Positions 1-9,173 of a stretch of 32,000 nt of DNA are shown piece by piece (position 1 is the stretch's first letter; each line of letters starts with the position of its first letter). The notes below the pieces were generated by a model. It did not search any database. It saw nothing but the letters and a program-made list of their open reading frames with translations, and was not told the DNA's origin. The stretch is taken from NCBI GenBank assembly GCA_902729415.1, contig LR746520.1, positions 68,728-100,727 on the forward strand, written 5' to 3'. The DNA is from Candidatus Terasakiella magnetica (GTDB lineage: Bacteria; Pseudomonadota; Alphaproteobacteria; Rhodospirillales; Magnetospirillaceae). The translations under genes were made by a program, and so were the position numbers.

Positions 1-1
1 A

Positions 2-262
2 GCCCTGCGCCTGTTCCGCTCCGCCGCCGAGGCGGGCAACGCCCTGGCACGCTATAATCTCGGGGTGATGTACGCCACCGGCCAGGGGGCGGCCTCCGAC
101 GACAGCGAGGCCCATTACTGGCTGGCCCTGGCAGCGGCATCCGGGGTTGACCCGGTGGCCGCATCCGCCCGGAACGGTATCGAATCCCTTGAAACCCGCA
201 TGCCCGCCGATGCCATAGCCAAGGCCAAAGACCGGCTTGGGGCCAAAGGGGGGACGGCATGA
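2..262 (+). CDS. Sel1 (SLR) repeat protein, C-terminal fragment; 5' end lies outside the window
   Basis: Frame 2 is open from the window edge. It translates to ALRLFRSAAEAGNALARYNLGVMYATGQGAASDDSEAHYWLALAAASG, the typical Sel1 repeat consensus (A..G...A...LG.MY..G.GV..D...A..W). Its stop TGA (260-262) overlaps the next ATG (259). Confidence 0.6.
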   Translation, partial: ALRLFRSAAEAGNALARYNLGVMYATGQGAASDDSEAHYWLALAAASGVDPVAASARNGIESLETRMPADAIAKAKDRLGAKGGTA

Positions 263-1941
263 GTTCCCCCAAAACCTCGTTCGAGGTTCATGTTCTCGCC
301 GACAAGAACTGGGTGATCGCCGAAATGGCGGCCGACGAAGGCAAGGCCATGGCCTTCGCCGATAATCTGCTGCAAAGCGGCAACCATGCCGCCGTCCGGG
401 TGGTCAAGGACTTCCAGCGTATCGACGGCACCCATTCCGAAACGGTGCTGATGGAGAAAAAGGCTGCCGAGAAGGCGGCGGGCGACCCGACCCTCACCCA
501 TATCTCCGAAGCGCCGCTTTGCGCCGATCTGGAGGATTTCTACGGCTTGCAGGCCCGCATCACCATGGGCAAGCTGCTGCGCAAATACCTCGACGAAGCC
601 CTGATCACCCCCACCGAACTGCTGCACGATCTAAAGGAGATGAAGCGGTTCGGTGACAAGGGTAACCTGCTCTATTCCGCCATCGACCGGGTGGCGTCGC
701 TCCAGGCCAAGGCCTCGGGCGAGGACAGCAAGGCCCGCAAGGATCTTCTCGACAAGACCTGGGAGCAGATGGGGGCGCGGTCCAAGGCGTTTGCCGCCAC
801 CAAGCCCAAATCCCCCAAGACCCTGGCCGAGGCCCTGGCCTCCTCCGGCGGCGATGCCTTCGCGCTGCGCTCATCCATGACCCTGGCGCTGTTGGAGCGC
901 CGCAGTTGGTTCGGCAAACTCGACATGCTGCTGGCCTGGGCCACCGAGGACGGCGCCGCCCCACATATGGCCATCCTGGATGGCGTCATCGCCGATCTGG
1001 TGGTTCCCGCCCAGGTGATCCAGGATCTGCTGGGATTTCAATCCAATCTCGCCGCCGCCCTGTGCCAGATCCTGGACCTGGCTGACGGCAAGGCCGAGGC
1101 AGCGAAATTCGCCCCCGCCACCTTCATCGAACTGAACCGGCTGTTCGACAGCGGCGCCCTGCCCCAGACCCGCGAAGTCCTGTCCACCCGCGTCGTGCGC
1201 GAGATCAGCGGCACCAACCCGCTGTCGCGCAACGACCCGGCGCAGGAATTCGAGATGTTCCACAAACTGCTCCACCGCCTGGTCGACCGCGACCGGGTGG
1301 CGGGCGGCCCGCTGATGGCCGAGGCGCTGCTGCAACGCGGCGCCCGAGTGCTGAATTCAGGGGGAGCGTCGGTGAGCGCGCCCCAGGCGCTGGAGCTGCT
1401 GCTGGGAGCGCTGGCCGACGGCTGTGTCCGGCTGCAATTCCTGCTGACCCTGTGCGCCTCGCCGCTGGGCAAGAGCATGGGCGAAATCCTGACCGAAGCG
1501 GTGGACGCCCATGTCCGCAGATCGTCCCACATCGATCAGTGGATTCCCGTTCGCCTCGCCCCACCCGCCCGCATGGCGGCCCTGACCGCCGCCAACAAGG
1601 CGATGAAGACCTGCCCAGTGCTGGTCGACGAGTTCAAAAAGACCCTGGCCAGCCTGATCGATGATGTGATGGTGCGCTATCTGCAAGCCGAAGGCGTGAT
1701 CGAAAAGATCGACAAGCCCGACGATCCCCTGGCAGCGCGGGCAATCCGGCTGGTCAAATTCTGCGGCTCGGGCGTACTGATCGAAGGCAAGTCGCTCAAC
1801 ATGGCCAAGGCCCGCGTCATCGAGCATCTGCGGCAGAAGCAGTTCGAGGAGAAGTTCGTCGCCAGTGTTCCCGACCCGACCCAGGGCGAAAAGCATCTGC
1901 GCGATTTCCACCGCCTGCTGGTGGAATGCGGCTTTGGGTGA
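259..1941 (+). CDS. Hypothetical protein, 560 aa, Leu/Ala-rich (probably helical), soluble, no domain recognised
   Basis: Long ORF with coding-like composition (not the R/G/P-rich antisense type). The ATG overlaps the upstream stop (ATGA). No TM segment or signal peptide. I recognise no motif. Confidence 0.6.
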   Translation: MSSPKTSFEVHVLADKNWVIAEMAADEGKAMAFADNLLQSGNHAAVRVVKDFQRIDGTHSETVLMEKKAAEKAAGDPTLTHISEAPLCADLEDFYGLQARITMGKLLRKYLDEALITPTELLHDLKEMKRFGDKGNLLYSAIDRVASLQAKASGEDSKARKDLLDKTWEQMGARSKAFAATKPKSPKTLAEALASSGGDAFALRSSMTLALLERRSWFGKLDMLLAWATEDGAAPHMAILDGVIADLVVPAQVIQDLLGFQSNLAAALCQILDLADGKAEAAKFAPATFIELNRLFDSGALPQTREVLSTRVVREISGTNPLSRNDPAQEFEMFHKLLHRLVDRDRVAGGPLMAEALLQRGARVLNSGGASVSAPQALELLLGALADGCVRLQFLLTLCASPLGKSMGEILTEAVDAHVRRSSHIDQWIPVRLAPPARMAALTAANKAMKTCPVLVDEFKKTLASLIDDVMVRYLQAEGVIEKIDKPDDPLAARAIRLVKFCGSGVLIEGKSLNMAKARVIEHLRQKQFEEKFVASVPDPTQGEKHLRDFHRLLVECGFG

Positions 1942-1977
1942 GGAGGCCTTCCCTGCCCAAAGCCGGTTACAGCAAGA

Positions 1978-3960
1978 TCAGGCCGCCGCCCGGTCCATCC
2001 GCTGGCGCCACTGATTGACGTTGGCGGCAAGGAGCTGCTGAGTGGCGTCATCGAGGGCGAATTGCAGATGAGTTCTGCCGCCCCGCAGGGCGACGATCCG
2101 GCCCCGCACCGCTACTTGGCCATCCAACGACACCTGAACCGAGGTTCCCACCGGCAGGCCAAGGTCGCCGCCCAGGCACGCGCCGCCTTCCGAAATATCC
2201 TCGGTAACGGCGCTACGTCCGTCCACAGTGGCGGCGAGGCGCAGTGTGACCCGTTCAAAGCGGCGGCGGTTGCCACCTTGTTTCAAGGCGGTCAGGAAGT
2301 CGGTGACATCACCGGTCAGCTCTTCGGCCTGGGTGGTCAGTTCGTTGGCGGTATCGAATAATTGCTTGGCCGATTGGCCGGTGGTGGTGGCGCCGGTACT
2401 GACCTCGGAGATGGTTTCTGTGACATTGCGGGTACCCATGGACGCCTCGTGGACGTTGCGGGCGATCTCGCGGGTGGCGGCGCTTTGCTCCTCCACCGCG
2501 GCGGCGATGGCCGAGGCAGTCTGATCGATGGCGGAAATTGTGGCACCGATCGAGCGTACCGCCTCGACGGTCTCGTGGGTCACCGATTGCACCGCCTGGA
2601 TATGGATGCCGATTTCATCGGTGGCCTTGGCCGTCTGATTGGCCAGGGTCTTGACCTCGGAGGCGACCACGGCGAAACCCTTGCCCGCCTCGCCCGCCCT
2701 GGCCGCCTCGATGGTGGCGTTCAAGGCCAGCAGATTGGTCTGGGCCGCGATATCGTTGATGATGCCGACGATATCACCGATCCGGCCGGTAGCTTGGGCC
2801 AAGCCCTGCACGATACGGTCGATCCGCTCGACATCGCCTGCGGCCTGACGGGCGATGTGCGACGACCGCGCCACCTGCTGGGCGATCTCGGTCTCGGCGG
2901 CGGCCATTTCCTCGGCTGCTGCCGCGACGGTTTCCACATTGGCCGAAGCCTGCTCGGCGGCGGCGGCGACGGTGGAAGCCTGCTGGCTGGTACCCTCGGC
3001 CACCTCGGACAGGGCATGGGCGGCGGCACGCAGTTGCTGGGTCGAACTGGTGACCGAATGCAGAACCCCCTCCACCCCCTGATTGAAGTCTGAGGTCAGG
3101 CGGTCGATAGCGATCTGCCGCTGATCGCGGGCCGCCTGCTCGGCGGCGCGCTCGGCCTCCAGGCGGCGGCGCTCCAGGGCGTTGTCCTTGAACACCGCCA
3201 TGGCCTCGGCCATCTCACCGATTTCATCGCGGGAACCGCTGCGGTCGATCTCAACCTCCAGATCGCCATCGGCCAGTTGCAGCATGGTCTGGGCCTGATA
3301 ATGGACCCGGTTGCCGATCCGCATGCCGATCCAGATGGAAAAGCCGGTCACGGCGATCATGATCACCAGTGCGATCAGACCGACCTTCAACATGGCGGCA
3401 CGGGTCACCGCCTCGACATCATCGATGTAGACGCCGGTACCGATTCCCCAGTTCCAGGGGGCATAGGGGATGATCTGGGCCAGTTTGGGTGAATCGTAGG
3501 ACTCGTTGCCGGGACGGCGTCCGACATAATCCACCACCCCGCCGCCGGGAAGACGGCCAGCCTCAACGAAGGCGCGATAAATGAACTTACCGGCGGAATC
3601 CTTGACCTCCAGCATGCTCTTGCCCACTTCCTTGGGGCGGAAGGGGTGCATCTGCAACACACCGTCCAGGTCGTTGACCCAGAGATAATTGTCGCCGTCG
3701 AAGCGGATCATACCGATGGCGGCCAGGGCCGCCGCTTTGGCCTCGGCCTCGGTGATCTCCCCCTTTTTCGCCTTGGCATGATAAGCCTCGGCGATCTTGG
3801 TGGCACCCTCGACGACGCTGTGGATCTGGACCCGGCGGATCTCCATCTGCCCAGACCGGACCGTCAGCACGGTGATGGCGGCAAACGCCAGCAGACCAAG
3901 GGCCGCTAAGGCGGGAATCGCCAGAAGGCGAAAACGAAGCGAAAGCGTCTTTACGGCCAT
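1978..3960 (-). CDS. Methyl-accepting chemotaxis protein: N-terminal TM, periplasmic single-Cache-type sensor, TM, HAMP, MCP signalling domain, C-terminal PilZ domain
   Basis: MCP hairpin-tip core [39 protein letters not shown]. Cache-like segment [25 protein letters not shown]...[14 protein letters not shown]. Two TM helices ([39 protein letters not shown]). I prefer the ATG at 3960 (MAVKTLSL...) over the ORF-track start at 4071, because the extra 37 aa precede the first TM helix and read as non-coding. Confidence 0.9.
   Translation of the reverse strand: MAVKTLSLRFRLLAIPALAALGLLAFAAITVLTVRSGQMEIRRVQIHSVVEGATKIAEAYHAKAKKGEITEAEAKAAALAAIGMIRFDGDNYLWVNDLDGVLQMHPFRPKEVGKSMLEVKDSAGKFIYRAFVEAGRLPGGGVVDYVGRRPGNESYDSPKLAQIIPYAPWNWGIGTGVYIDDVEAVTRAAMLKVGLIALVIMIAVTGFSIWIGMRIGNRVHYQAQTMLQLADGDLEVEIDRSGSRDEIGEMAEAMAVFKDNALERRRLEAERAAEQAARDQRQIAIDRLTSDFNQGVEGVLHSVTSSTQQLRAAAHALSEVAEGTSQQASTVAAAAEQASANVETVAAAAEEMAAAETEIAQQVARSSHIARQAAGDVERIDRIVQGLAQATGRIGDIVGIINDIAAQTNLLALNATIEAARAGEAGKGFAVVASEVKTLANQTAKATDEIGIHIQAVQSVTHETVEAVRSIGATISAIDQTASAIAAAVEEQSAATREIARNVHEASMGTRNVTETISEVSTGATTTGQSAKQLFDTANELTTQAEELTGDVTDFLTALKQGGNRRRFERVTLRLAATVDGRSAVTEDISEGGACLGGDLGLPVGTSVQVSLDGQVAVRGRIVALRGGRTHLQFALDDATQQLLAANVNQWRQRMDRAAA
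2050..2268 (-). other. PilZ (c-di-GMP receptor) domain at the MCP C-terminus
   Basis: Both PilZ signature motifs are present with correct spacing: RRRFER (RxxxR, nt 2251-2268) and DISEGG (D/NxSxxG, nt 2182-2199), followed by a beta-rich segment [18 protein letters not shown]. Confidence 0.7.
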
Positions 3961-4191
3961 GAAGCCCCCCTCGAAATGAGGTTCTGCCGCCCCCACGGCC
4001 TCAACGACCTTTCGTATAGCACCAAAGGTATAGCGCGAGGAAATGCGAATGCGACACCCGAGGCATGCCAAAATAAGCCGCTCTTTTTTGCGTGAATCAA
4101 AGAATCTCTGGCGGATTCAGACACAAAAGTTGTAACAAGCCTGCGTACAGTTGGGTGAATTGTCACTCCGCTGCGAGGAGTCTTGTTTCGC

Positions 4192-5184
4192 ATGCAAGGG
4201 GTTACCCTGGTTACCGGAGCGACCGGTTTCGTTGGTGCCGCCATTGTCCGGGCCTTGCTGGCGCGTGGGCGCGCGGTGCGGGTTCTGGCGCGCCCCAACA
4301 GCGACCGGCGTAATCTGGCGGGCCTGCCCATCGAGGTGGCCGAGGGGCGCCTGGAGGATGGCGCCTCGCTGGAGGCGGCACTGGACGGCTGCAATGCCCT
4401 GTTCCATGCCGCCGCCGATTACCGCCTGTGGGTGCCCGACCCAGCCGCCATGCTGCGGGCCAATGTGGATGGCACCCGCACCTTGATGCGCGCCGCCATG
4501 GCGCGTGGCATCGGGCGGATCGTCTATACCTCCTCGGTGGCGACCCTGGGGCATGTAGAGCCGGGCGAAGCCGACGAGAATACGCCCAGCACGCTGGCCG
4601 ACATGGTGGGGCCTTATAAACAATCCAAATTCCTGGCCGAGGCCGAGGTGCGCCGCATGGCCGCCGAAGAGGGGCTGAAGGTGGTGATCGTCAATCCTTC
4701 CACCCCCGTGGGACCGAATGACGTCAAGCCCACCCCCACCGGCCGCATGATCGTCGAGGCCGCCTCGGGCCGCATGCCCGCCTATGTGGATACCGGCCTC
4801 AACATCGTTCATGTGGAAGACGTGGCCGAAGGCCATCTTCTCGCCATGGACAAGGGCAAGAATGGCGAGCGCTATATCCTGGGCGGCGATAATCTGGGTC
4901 TGGGCGAGATCTTGCGCCGCATCGCCCTGATTACCGGACGCAAGCCACCAACGGTCAAGCTGCCGCGCCTGCCTCTGTTTCCCCTGGCCCTGGGGGCTGA
5001 ACTTTGGGCAAGGTTGACCGGCGCCGAGCCCTTCGTCACCATCGACGGCCTGCGCATGGCCCGCTGGCATATGTTCTTCAGCTCCGCCAAGGCCGAGCGT
5101 GATCTGGGATACACACACCGTCCCTCCCAGGAGGCGCTGGAAGCGGCGGTGGCCTATTTCCGCACTACCGGAGAGGTTTCATGA
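4192..5184 (+). CDS. hpnA: Hopanoid-associated NAD-dependent sugar epimerase/dehydratase HpnA
   Basis: Rossmann motif VTGATGFVGAAIV at the N-terminus, with an SDR-extended YxxxK (YKQSKFLAE). GAGGAG lies upstream of the ATG at 4192 (the ORF-track TTG at 4183 is the alternative start). The stop overlaps the hpnB start (ATGA). First gene of a hopanoid cluster. Confidence 0.8.
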   Translation: MQGVTLVTGATGFVGAAIVRALLARGRAVRVLARPNSDRRNLAGLPIEVAEGRLEDGASLEAALDGCNALFHAAADYRLWVPDPAAMLRANVDGTRTLMRAAMARGIGRIVYTSSVATLGHVEPGEADENTPSTLADMVGPYKQSKFLAEAEVRRMAAEEGLKVVIVNPSTPVGPNDVKPTPTGRMIVEAASGRMPAYVDTGLNIVHVEDVAEGHLLAMDKGKNGERYILGGDNLGLGEILRRIALITGRKPPTVKLPRLPLFPLALGAELWARLTGAEPFVTIDGLRMARWHMFFSSAKAERDLGYTHRPSQEALEAAVAYFRTTGEVS

Positions 5185-6341
5185 CTCTATCCTCGTCCGC
5201 CGCCTTTGTCGCCGCCGGAGCCTGGGCGTGGTTGCTGACCATGCGCGGCTCGTTCTGGCACATCGATAAGGTTCCGCCCCATGCCGCCCCCGAGCAATGG
5301 CCGGCGGTGGTGGCGGTGATTCCGGCCCGTGATGAGGCCGAAGACATCGGCAGCACGGTGACATCCCTGCTGTCGCAGAACTACCCCGGCCCGCTGTCGG
5401 TGGTGGTGGTCGATGACCACAGCAGCGACGGCACCGCCGATATCGCCCGCGCCGCCGCCGAAGCCGCAGGCGCGGGACCGCGGGTCAAGGTGGTCCCGGC
5501 CCCCGACCTGCCGCCGGGATGGACCGGTAAGATGTGGGCGCAGAACCATGGCGTCAAAGTGGCGGCGGAAAGCTTCCCCGAAGCACATCTTCTGCTGCTG
5601 ACCGATGCCGACATCCGCCATGGCAAGGGCGAACTGCGCCACATGGTCGCCAAGCTGGTGGCCGAACGCCTGGACATGGCCTCGCTGATGGTGCGGCTGT
5701 GGACCGAAGGCTTCTGGGAACAGGCCATCGTTCCCGCCTTCGTCTTCTTCTTCCGCATGCTCTACCCCTTCTCGTGGGTAGGCGACAAACGCAGCTCCAC
5801 TGCGGCGGCGGCGGGTGGCTATGTGCTGATCCGCCGCGCCATGATCGAGCGGATCGGCGGCATCGCCGCCATCAAGGACGCCCTGATCGACGATTGTTCA
5901 CTGGCGGCGGCGGTCAAGGCCCATGGTGGGCGCCTGACCCTGGATCTGGCCAAGGAAACCATCAGCACCCGGCGCTATCACGGCCCCGAAGGCTTGTGGA
6001 AGATGATCTCGCGCTCGGCCTTTACCCAATTGCGCCACTCACCGCTGTTGCTGCTGGGCACGCTGCTGGCCATGCTGATCATCTTCGTGCTGCCGCCGTT
6101 CCTGGCGCTGCGGGGCGGGCACGGCGCTACTTTGGGCTGGTTCGCCTGGGGGGCCATGACCTACGCCTATGTCCAGATGGTGATGTATTATCGCCTGTTG
6201 CCGTTCTGGGCGCCGCTGTTGCCGCTGGTGTCGCTGTTCTATCTCGGCGCGACCGTTGATTCGGCGCTGAAATACTGGCGCGGCGAAGGCGGGCAATGGA
6301 AAGGCCGGACCCAAGACCCGCAAGCGGGAAGGACCGCCTGA
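5181..6341 (+). CDS. hpnB: Hopene-associated family-2 glycosyltransferase HpnB
   Basis: GT2 motifs VAVIPARDEAEDI, VVVVDDHSSDGT and LLLTDADI (DxD). Hydrophobic C-terminal TM helices. Sits between hpnA and hpnD. Confidence 0.8.
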   Translation: MTLSSSAAFVAAGAWAWLLTMRGSFWHIDKVPPHAAPEQWPAVVAVIPARDEAEDIGSTVTSLLSQNYPGPLSVVVVDDHSSDGTADIARAAAEAAGAGPRVKVVPAPDLPPGWTGKMWAQNHGVKVAAESFPEAHLLLLTDADIRHGKGELRHMVAKLVAERLDMASLMVRLWTEGFWEQAIVPAFVFFFRMLYPFSWVGDKRSSTAAAAGGYVLIRRAMIERIGGIAAIKDALIDDCSLAAAVKAHGGRLTLDLAKETISTRRYHGPEGLWKMISRSAFTQLRHSPLLLLGTLLAMLIIFVLPPFLALRGGHGATLGWFAWGAMTYAYVQMVMYYRLLPFWAPLLPLVSLFYLGATVDSALKYWRGEGGQWKGRTQDPQAGRTA

Positions 6342-6343
6342 CC

Positions 6344-7198
6344 ATGAACGCCATGGCCATCGATGCCGGCATGTATGACATGGTGGCCGACAAGGTGCGG
6401 GCCTCGGGCTCGTCCTTTTATTGGGGCATGCGGCTGCTGACCCGGCCCCAGCGCTATGCCATGTACGCCGTCTATGCCTTCTGCCGCGAGGTGGACGATA
6501 TCGCCGACGAACCGGGCGAACCGTTGGAAAAGGCCCGCCTGCTGGCCGAATGGCGTAGCGAGTTGGACCGCCTCTATCAGGGCCGCCCCACCCATCCCAT
6601 CGCCGTGGCCCTGGCCGGGCCGGTGGCGCAATACGGCCTGCCGAAGGAGGACTTCCTGGCGGTGGTGGACGGCTGCGAGATGGATGGGCGCAACGAGATG
6701 GTGCGGCCCGATATGGCGACGCTGGAGCTTTATTGCGACCGGGTGGCGTCGGCGGTGGGCCGCTTGTCGGTCCGGGTGTTCGGCGAGTTCCGCCCCCGCA
6801 GCCTCGACGTCGCCAACGCCACCGGCATGGCGCTGCAATTGACTAATATCCTGCGTGACGTGGCGGTGGACGCGGCCATCGGGCGGCTTTACCTGCCGGA
6901 CGAGCTGCTCAGCGCCCACGGCATCGCAGGCCGCGACCCTCAGGCGGTGCTGGCCCATCCCAACCTGGCGGCGGTCTGCCGCGAGCTGGGGGCGCGGGCG
7001 GCACGCTATTACACCATGTCGGATCAAGCCATGGCCGAGTGCTCGCACCGGGCCATGCGCCCCGCCACCTTGATGAAAGAGATGTACCGCGAGATCTTCA
7101 AGCGGGTCGAGGCCGAAGGCTTTGTCCCACGAGATCCACCGGTGAAGGTGTCCAAGGGCTTCAAGCTGTGGTGCATTTTGCGCCATGGTTTGTTGTAG
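6344..7198 (+). CDS. hpnD: Squalene/phytoene synthase family enzyme, best match by memory to presqualene diphosphate synthase HpnD
   Basis: Asp-rich motifs FCREVDDIADE and NILRDVAVDAAIGRLYLP. Also YCDRVASAVGRLSVRVFG and ALQLTNILRD, which are typical of HpnD. Length 284 aa, the HpnC/D size and shorter than single-enzyme Sqs. The ATG at 6344 lies 2 nt after the hpnB stop. The ORF-track start at 6296 would overlap hpnB by 46 nt. Confidence 0.75.
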   Translation: MNAMAIDAGMYDMVADKVRASGSSFYWGMRLLTRPQRYAMYAVYAFCREVDDIADEPGEPLEKARLLAEWRSELDRLYQGRPTHPIAVALAGPVAQYGLPKEDFLAVVDGCEMDGRNEMVRPDMATLELYCDRVASAVGRLSVRVFGEFRPRSLDVANATGMALQLTNILRDVAVDAAIGRLYLPDELLSAHGIAGRDPQAVLAHPNLAAVCRELGARAARYYTMSDQAMAECSHRAMRPATLMKEMYREIFKRVEAEGFVPRDPPVKVSKGFKLWCILRHGLL

Positions 7199-7229
7199 TA
7201 ATGCGAGGTCGGAAGTGTCTCCCAGTGAA

Positions 7230-9173
7230 ATGAACCCCCGCACATTCGATGCCACTGTGTTCCGCGATCCGCTGGAAAAGGCGATCAACACCTCTGCCGC
7301 CGCCCTGCTCAAGCAGCAACGCGAAGACGGCCATTGGGTGTTCAAGCTGGAGGCGGACGCCACCATTCCCGCCGAATATGTGCTGTATCTGCACTATCTC
7401 GACGAGCGTGATCCCGAACTGGAGCAGCGCATCGGCGTTTACTTGCGTGATATTCAAGAAGACGCCCACGGCGGCTGGCCGCTGTTCCATGGCGGCGACT
7501 TCAATATCAGCGCCTCGGTAAAGGCCTATTACGCCCTGAAAGCCATCGGTGACGATGTCGATGCGCCGCACATGAAGCGGGCGCGCGACGCCATCTTGGC
7601 CCATGGCGGCGCCGCCACCGCCAATGTCTTTACCCGCACCCTGCTGGCGCTGTTCGGCCAGATTCCCTGGCGCGGCGTCCCGATCATGCCGGTCGAGATC
7701 ATGCTGCTGCCCAAGTGGTTCCCCTTCCACCTGGACAAGGTCAGCTATTGGTCGCGCACGGTGATCGCGCCGCTGGTGGTGCTGATGAGCCTACGGCCCA
7801 AGGCGCGCAATCCGCTCGGCATCAATATCTTCGAGCTGTTCACCACGCCGCCGGAAACCGTGACTAACTGGTATCTGGATGAGGTCCGCTCCAACTGGGC
7901 CTATGTCTTCCGGGCGCTGGACCGGGTGCTGCACAAGGTATTCCCCTTCTTTCCCAAGGGCTTGCGCAAGCGCGCCATCGACAAGGCGGTGGCCTTCGTC
8001 GATGAGCGCCTGAACGGGGAGGATGGCCTGGGCGCCATCTTCCCGGCCATGGTCAATTCGGTGCTGATGTATGACGTGCTGGGCGTGCCCAAGGACGATC
8101 CCCGCGTGGTCATCGCCAAGCAATCCATCCGCAATCTGGTGGTGGAAGAAGGCGAGCGCGCCTGGGTGCAACCCTGCCTGTCGCCCATCTGGGATACCGC
8201 TTTGGCCACTCACGCCATCTTGGAGGTGGGAACCCCCGAGGCCGACGCGGCGGCGCGTAAGGCTGCCGAGTGGATGGTGGAACGCCAGATCACCGACGTG
8301 GTCGGCGACTGGGCGGCGCAGCGTCCCGATCTCGAACCCGGCGGCTGGGCCTTCCAATACGCCAACCCCCACTATCCCGACGTGGATGATACCGCCGTGG
8401 TGATGGCGGCGCTGGACCGTATCGATCCGGTGCGCTATGCCGAGCCCATCCGCAAGGGCGCCGTGTGGGTGCGCGGCATGCAGTGCCGCGACGGCGGCTG
8501 GGGCGCCTTCGACGCCGAGAACACCGCTCATTACCTCAACCACATCCCCTTTGCCGATCATGGTGCCCTGCTGGACCCCCCCACCGCCGACGTGTCGGCG
8601 CGCTGCGTCTCGGTGCTGTCGGTGCTGGGCGAGCGCAACAAGGACGTGGTAGCGCACGAGGGTGTCGATTATCTGCTGCGCGAACAAGAAGCCGACGGCT
8701 CGTGGTTCGGGCGCTGGGGCACCAATTACATCTACGGCACGTGGTCGTCACTGGCGGCCTTGAACGCCGCCGGCCTGCCCCATGACCACCCCTCATTCCG
8801 CCGTGCCGTTGCATGGCTGGAAAGCAAGCAGCGGCCCGATGGCGGCTGGGGCGAGGACGGGCGGTCTTATTGGGCAGGACAGCCCCCCGGCGAAGGCCCG
8901 GTCAGCACACCGTCCCAGACCGCCTGGGCGCTGCTGGGGTTGATGGCTGCGGGTGAAACCACCAGCCCGGCCGTGGCGCGCGGCATCGACTATCTGATCC
9001 GGACCCAGAACACCGAAGGCCTGTGGGACGAGGAGCATTACACCGCAGTCGGTTTCCCGCGGGTGTTCTATCTGCGCTATCACGGCTATCGCCAGTTCTT
9101 CCCGGTCTGGGCGCTGGCGCGCTATCGCAACCTGACCACGGGCAATGCCGGCCCGGTGATGCATGCCCTCTGA
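7230..9173 (+). CDS. shc: Squalene-hopene cyclase
   Basis: Catalytic DxDDTA motif (DVDDTA, nt 8379-8396). Multiple QW repeats (RQITDVVGDWA, MQCRDGGWGAF, EQEADGSWFGRWG, KQRPDGGWGE, TQNTEGLWDE). I prefer the ATG at 7230 (MNPRTF...); the ORF-track start at 7185 would overlap hpnD. Confidence 0.95.
   Translation: MNPRTFDATVFRDPLEKAINTSAAALLKQQREDGHWVFKLEADATIPAEYVLYLHYLDERDPELEQRIGVYLRDIQEDAHGGWPLFHGGDFNISASVKAYYALKAIGDDVDAPHMKRARDAILAHGGAATANVFTRTLLALFGQIPWRGVPIMPVEIMLLPKWFPFHLDKVSYWSRTVIAPLVVLMSLRPKARNPLGINIFELFTTPPETVTNWYLDEVRSNWAYVFRALDRVLHKVFPFFPKGLRKRAIDKAVAFVDERLNGEDGLGAIFPAMVNSVLMYDVLGVPKDDPRVVIAKQSIRNLVVEEGERAWVQPCLSPIWDTALATHAILEVGTPEADAAARKAAEWMVERQITDVVGDWAAQRPDLEPGGWAFQYANPHYPDVDDTAVVMAALDRIDPVRYAEPIRKGAVWVRGMQCRDGGWGAFDAENTAHYLNHIPFADHGALLDPPTADVSARCVSVLSVLGERNKDVVAHEGVDYLLREQEADGSWFGRWGTNYIYGTWSSLAALNAAGLPHDHPSFRRAVAWLESKQRPDGGWGEDGRSYWAGQPPGEGPVSTPSQTAWALLGLMAAGETTSPAVARGIDYLIRTQNTEGLWDEEHYTAVGFPRVFYLRYHGYRQFFPVWALARYRNLTTGNAGPVMHAL

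Noticed and set aside
3961-4071. 37-aa N-terminal extension of the MCP ORF (start at 4071)
   Set aside because: The extension ([16 protein letters not shown]...) precedes the first TM helix and has no MCP-like features. The ATG at 3960 gives the normal short cytoplasmic N-terminus followed by TM1.
4093-4119. GAATC motifs (TGAATC...GAATC...GATTCA) in the MCP/hpnA divergent promoter region as an operator
   Set aside because: The arms are only 5-6 bp with irregular spacing, which is likely by chance in an AT-richer intergenic region. No known consensus is matched.
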